A stretch of 64,000 nucleotides of DNA from Klebsormidium nitens. Its lineage: Eukaryota > Plantae > Klebsormidiophyceae. Shown one piece after another: positions 59,501 to 64,000 of this stretch; positions within the stretch are counted from its first letter, which is position 1; each line of letters begins with the position of its first letter. The translations under genes and the position numbers were made by a program. Location of the stretch: assembly GCA_000708835.1 (NCBI GenBank), contig DF237352.1, forward strand, positions 1-64,000, read 5' to 3'. The notes beneath the pieces are model-generated. The model did no database searches and had not been told where the DNA came from. It worked only from the letters and a program-made list of their open reading frames with translations.

Positions 59501-62500
59501 CTTCCTGATGTAAATAGCACGCAAGCACACAACTCAGACCGAGGGTTAGCGCACTAACCCGCTTCCTGAAGTCCAGCTGGAAGGGAGCGTAGTAGGCGGA
59601 GGAGTTGTCCGCGTACGGGGCCGCGCCCCCGCTGACGTCAAGCGTGACGCCCACCATGCTGACGCAGCTCGTGCCGTCACCGTCGCAGATGGAGCACTCA
59701 TCCAGTTGGCCGCTGCAGAGACTCGACGGAGAGGAGTTCAGTACGGCATGCTTTTGCTTGCACCTCTGAGGCAGAAGATAAAACGGGGTAAGAAGCGAGA
59801 AGACATTTCTATTCTTCACTCTTTCGCTCCACCGCTTTGTGACCCTCTATAAGCTCAATCAGACAAGCTAATCTCCAACAAGATCTTCCGACCCTCTAAG
59901 TCCTTGCACCGAAAGCCGCTAGATGGAAAGACCTCGATCCGCAATATCTCAATTCTCAGAATGGCACACCCCCTGAACAATAGCGGCGGCAGGCCAGATC
60001 TCTGAGGTTCCCCGAACCCCCCAAACCCCCTCACCTCGCGCAGCAAACGCCCTTCTCGTCGCGCACCGTCGCGCAGCAGCGCCCGAGCGCGTCCACGCTC
60101 GTCGACGCCCCGTCGCACACTCCGCACGCGTCCACGTGTCCGCTCTCGCAGCACTCGCCGGCGGCGTCCACGACCGCGGCCGCGGCCGCGCAGCACTGCG
60201 CGCGCGCGCCCACGACTCCCGAGAGGCAGCACGTGCCGCCTTCGGCCCCGGAGGGGATCCCTGGGCACGTGGTCGGGGTTTCGCAGAGGTCGCCCTTCCA
60301 GCCGGGGGCGCACTGGCAGAACGACCGGTTGATGCAGGTGCCGTGGCCGGAGCAGTTCTGCGGGAAGAGAGGGAACAGTGTGAGAATCTGCTACCAAGAG
60401 AAGAGCAATGCTTTTCGTTATGACGTGACCAAAACAGAAGCAAGCCCGTTCCGGCCCAGATGGCGAGTCCCTACAAAACCAGACCGAGTCTTGAAGAACG
60501 ACGCGTGAATTTCGTTACAGGTCTCCCTGGAGCATCTATCCTGTATGTTCCCTCCATTTACCGTAACAAATCTCATCAATTCCATCCATTGTGTCTCCAC
60601 GTTTCTCACTATGATCCAATTTTTGAGATTTCCCTGTTTCGAGATTTCTTTCAGCCTTGCGAGCATCCACTGAACAGATGTATCAAGCATCAAGCGGCTA
60701 TTGCAGCCACGTTTCGGCGTCGAAGATAATGCCACTCACCTTGCAGTAGTCGCAGTTCGACGCGGTGCTCCGGCACCCCTGCGTCTCGCCGGGCTTGATC
60801 AGACCGGCGGCGTCGCAGAAGGAGCCGTCCCTCGTTAACCCTTGCTGGTCAACGCACTCAACCACCCGGGTTTGCACGGAACTGCAGTTAGCGGTGACCG
60901 GGCAGTCGCCCCACGGGGAGGCAAGCCACGTGATCGCTTGGCAGGGCTGCAGGTTGCACGGCTTGGAAGTGGGCGGGGCACCTGCGGGGTTAAAGACTCT
61001 GGTCAGGGGAAACTGTTAAAACGATTGTTTTTGCTTGATGAGGAGATAGCCAGGCACTTTCAAAAGGGCATCTGGGAGGGGGGCAAAGATGAGAAGGAAA
61101 CAGGAGTTCAGGCTTCGTCAGCGTCAGCCTTTTTAAGATATCACGGGGGGCAGGCTATTGAGGAAATTTGGGGTCTCTGAAGATCATGAAGAAGGAAGTG
61201 TTTGAACATTGTGACTGTGAACTACATCAAGATTATGAAGATCAACAGAGACAAGGGCATCGGGGATGCCTGAAGGTAAAAGGCGCCAGAAAAACAGGTC
61301 TTCGCTTATCAGAGCCATCATCTGCTAGGCGATCCTCCAAACCGGTACTTATCTCACTTTTCGGCACTCGCTCTCATCATACGCGCCCCATAATGTGCCA
61401 CGTCGGTAACGTTTCCAGTCGCGGTATCGACGCATTGGAGCTCCCTTATAATCACTACTCAAAGCAATGTAAGTAGTAGTAAATACTCAAGCCTTTCAAA
61501 CATGTTCCAGGTCCGGCGCTCACTCTCATCATACGCGCCCCCGCAATTTGCCACGTCGGTCAGATTTCCAGTCGCCGTTTCGACGCACTGGAGGTCCCGG
61601 GTGACCGTGCCCCCGCCGCACGGCCGGTTGCACTGCGACCAACCGGGCACCGCCCAGTAGTACTGCCCGCACGCTGACGTGGCGCAGGGCTGTGACGTGG
61701 CCGGCGCGGGTTGGCCGGCGCACGCGGAGGCCTCGACGAGGTTGCCGTTGGCGTCCTGGGGGAACGGAGAGAGGCGGATTTCAGTAGCTGAATGTAGAGG
61801 CGAATTTTGTCAGGCGTATGAGACCTTGTTGATGGGATTGCCTTCCAAGATCTTTCAGGATCTTGGGCTCAATTTATGGATTGGACTCTTGTCGTTTGAA
61901 ACCATTCGTGAAAAGGGTGAAGACAGGAGGACCGGAAAAAGGGCCTCGCAAACGGATTTCTTCACTGTGAGACCGCGAAACCGAGCACAGATCCAAAACC
62001 TCTTCCTAGATAGTTTGTCCACAACCAAAAAGGCCCGTTTGAAAGTTCGAAATGGCTCCGAGAAGTCCTGATATTCTGATCCCCCAAACCCCGCAGTCCA
62101 AAGATTCAAGGTAACAGTTTTTCTTGTAGGAGGCCGCCTCTACAGCCGACGAGACATCACTTGCTGTTCATTCGCCGGACTTCAAACCAAGGCAGGGCAA
62201 CCGCGCGCTAACAAAGCTCCCTAAACGGTCGCCGCAAACCTTACCTTGCATTTTACTGTCTCTGTCTGTATTCCTCCGCCGCAATTCATTGGGCACTCGG
62301 ACCAGAGTCTAGAAACCTAGCGACGACAAAGCAGGGCAACCGCGGGCTAAGGAAGCCCCTCGAACGGTCGCCGCAATCCTCACCTTGCACTAATCCGCCT
62401 GCGTCTGTGTTCCCCCGCCGCAAGTCACCGGGCACTCGGACCAGATTCCAGAACTCTAGCAGAAGAATAAGAGGGCGACCGCGCGCTGGAAAAGCTGCCC

Positions 62501-64000
62501 AGATGGTCGCCAAATTTCTCACCTTGCAGTAAACCGCCTGCGTCTGCGTTCCCCCGCCGCAAGTCACCGGGCACTCGGACCAGCCAGCCGCGAACCACGA
62601 GTACTCGGGGCACGCCACCTGGTTGCACGCCTGTGACGTCAGCGGCGTGTCCGCGTCGCAGTTGCTGACGTCGACGACGTTGCCGATGGTGTCCTCGCAG
62701 AAGGCCGTCCGCGTCTGCAAAGGAACGGGGGCGAGATGTTGAGAATGTATGAACGTGGGGTTGTAGAGTAGACGAGTCTGAACCAGTGAGATACGAAGTA
62801 GTAAGCTTTGACTCGATGCGGGTTTGTAGGGTGAGCGTGCACTCGGGCTGGCTTGTTTGTGTCTGAGGGGGTCTGATTCATAGATTCTGCGTGCGTGAGC
62901 TTGGTTCAAGATTCGCTTTCAAAAGGTGGAATGGACTTTTGTGCTCCATCCAGTAGAGGCACACGTCACTTGGTTGAAGGTGGGCAGCAAAGCCCTTGTA
63001 GAAAATGAATGCTCAATCACAATCCCAAAAGGTGTCCGGTGCTTAAGAAAATCTGTAAATGGCTAGTTGATTTCAGCACACTGACGATCCGTCCAGAGTT
63101 CTAGGGCTTATGCACACGCCCGCACGTGGTGGAGCGCATTCACACCTGCATGCCGCCGCCGCAAGACGCGCTGCACGCGCTCCAGTCGGTGGTGACCCAC
63201 GAGTACACCGAGAAAAGGCCGCCCGTTCCGGGTCCTTTTCCGGTTCCGCTGGTTCCGTTCTGCTGCTTGGCCACCCAGTAGTTCCAGCGTGTGATCACGC
63301 CCTTGCTGACGGTCTGGACCGGCGCGGGAACGTTAGCGGGAACCTCGGTCGCGTTCACAATCTCGCCGACGCTGCGCGGCCAGGCCTGGCCAGACGGGGC
63401 TGCAACAGAAAAGCAGACCACTTAGGAAAATCTAAAAGTCCTTTCTGGATTTGAAAATGTAGGATGTCGAATAGAGTTCAGGATTTGAAGGTTAGATCAG
63501 TGGTATGCGGGCGTTGTACGAGTTTCATCAAAGGTACGGGGCTGGGATTGGTCGCATGGAGCTACAGTGAAGACAGGTAAACTGAAAGTCGGGATAGTGA
63601 GCCACTCTAACGCCCTGCTGCTAACAGTCAGAAATGGCTTCTACAGAAATTAAGAACTCGAAGTTGGCCGTTGGCCCCGATCTCTTATACTCAAAAGATC
63701 GGAAATAGGAAAGGCCAAAAGTTTGGAGTCTTCCAGACAAAGAGAGCTACGAGTTCCAAAATCGAATCTTTCCACCCGGTCACAAAAGCGACACGAGTGC
63801 ACAAAGTGCGTGCGCTCGGCAATGCTGACGCCAGCTCACGTGGGGTTGACGTCACAATGTTGATCCCGTACGGCCCATTCGCGCCGTTGTATCCGTCGAC
63901 CACGATGTAGTACGTCTGGCCCCCGGTCATGGGAAGGTTGTACATCGCACTCTGGACGTTGCAGTAGTCGTCGTTACACCAACCGGGGATGAGCGAAGCG
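56567..64000 (-). CDS. Large type-I membrane protein with PPC-like, thrombospondin type-1, EGF-like and Cys-rich modules (5' end beyond the window)
   Basis: Phase-consistent exons: >64000-63840, 63399-63146, 62714-62523, 61755-61524, 60981-60740, 60357-60035, 59712-59559, 59067-58900, 57997-57797, 57271-56567. Motifs: TSP1 WSACSASCGGG, WSECPVTCGGG, WSQCNRPCGGG and WGDCP; EGF CSGHGTC...CQCAPGWKGDLC; DACGVCDG; TM helix WGIGLGVSLAMGIGFPGMVIGALLVYV followed by KKR. Confidence 0.9.
58080..58410 (-). repeat. Three decaying copies of the acceptor and 5' end of exon 57997-57797
   Basis: agccacaggctctgtccgtcggcgttctggccgacc (about 58085), agccacaggctctttccggcggaattctggccgacc (about 58208) and agccgcaggctttgtccgtcggagtttcggccgatc (about 58359), versus the exon start at 57960-57997. 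Confidence 0.85.
61365..61445 (-). repeat. Decayed copy of the 3' end of exon 61755-61524
   Basis: ctctcatcatacgcgcccc...gccacgtcggt...tttccagtcgc is repeated about 150 bp downstream; the donor GT is mutated to GC. Confidence 0.85.
62165..62445 (-). repeat. Two further ~139-bp units copying the 3' end of exon 62714-62523 plus the intron start
   Basis: Unit = ...gggcactcggaccag plus accttgca plus ggtcgcc...cgcg(c/g)gct. One copy has a TAC>TAG stop; the other reads WSECPMNCGGGIQTETVKCK|GTAAG. Confidence 0.9.

Overview
Eukaryotic, intron-rich genomic DNA. Gene content and splice style suggest a streptophyte green alga such as Klebsormidium; this is an inference. No prokaryotic operons, rRNA, tRNA or CRISPR arrays were seen. 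Spliced gene models with consistent GT-AG boundaries and reading phase were built by hand. They include a coiled-coil plus winged-helix protein resembling plant At3g03560 (-, 10988..1577), an STPG1-like PGPG-repeat protein (-), an intronless F-box/LRR-like gene (+) and a plastid-targeted class I fructose-bisphosphate aldolase (-). They also include a small protein starting with a histone-H3-tail mimic (+) and a large type-I membrane protein with TSP1, EGF and PPC-like modules (-, runs off the window end). A ~11 kb CACTA/EnSpm-like element (about 21385..32609) carries a 3-exon transposase and a divergent SAM-domain gene. It interrupts a tandem array of 2-5 kb units, each encoding a two-exon, 83-100 aa glycine-rich membrane protein (4 paralogs). 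The most striking structural theme is 'exon echoes': three unrelated host genes have introns holding decaying tandem copies of the adjacent splice junction. In one gene three such copies have become intact, in-frame 81-nt candidate exons.
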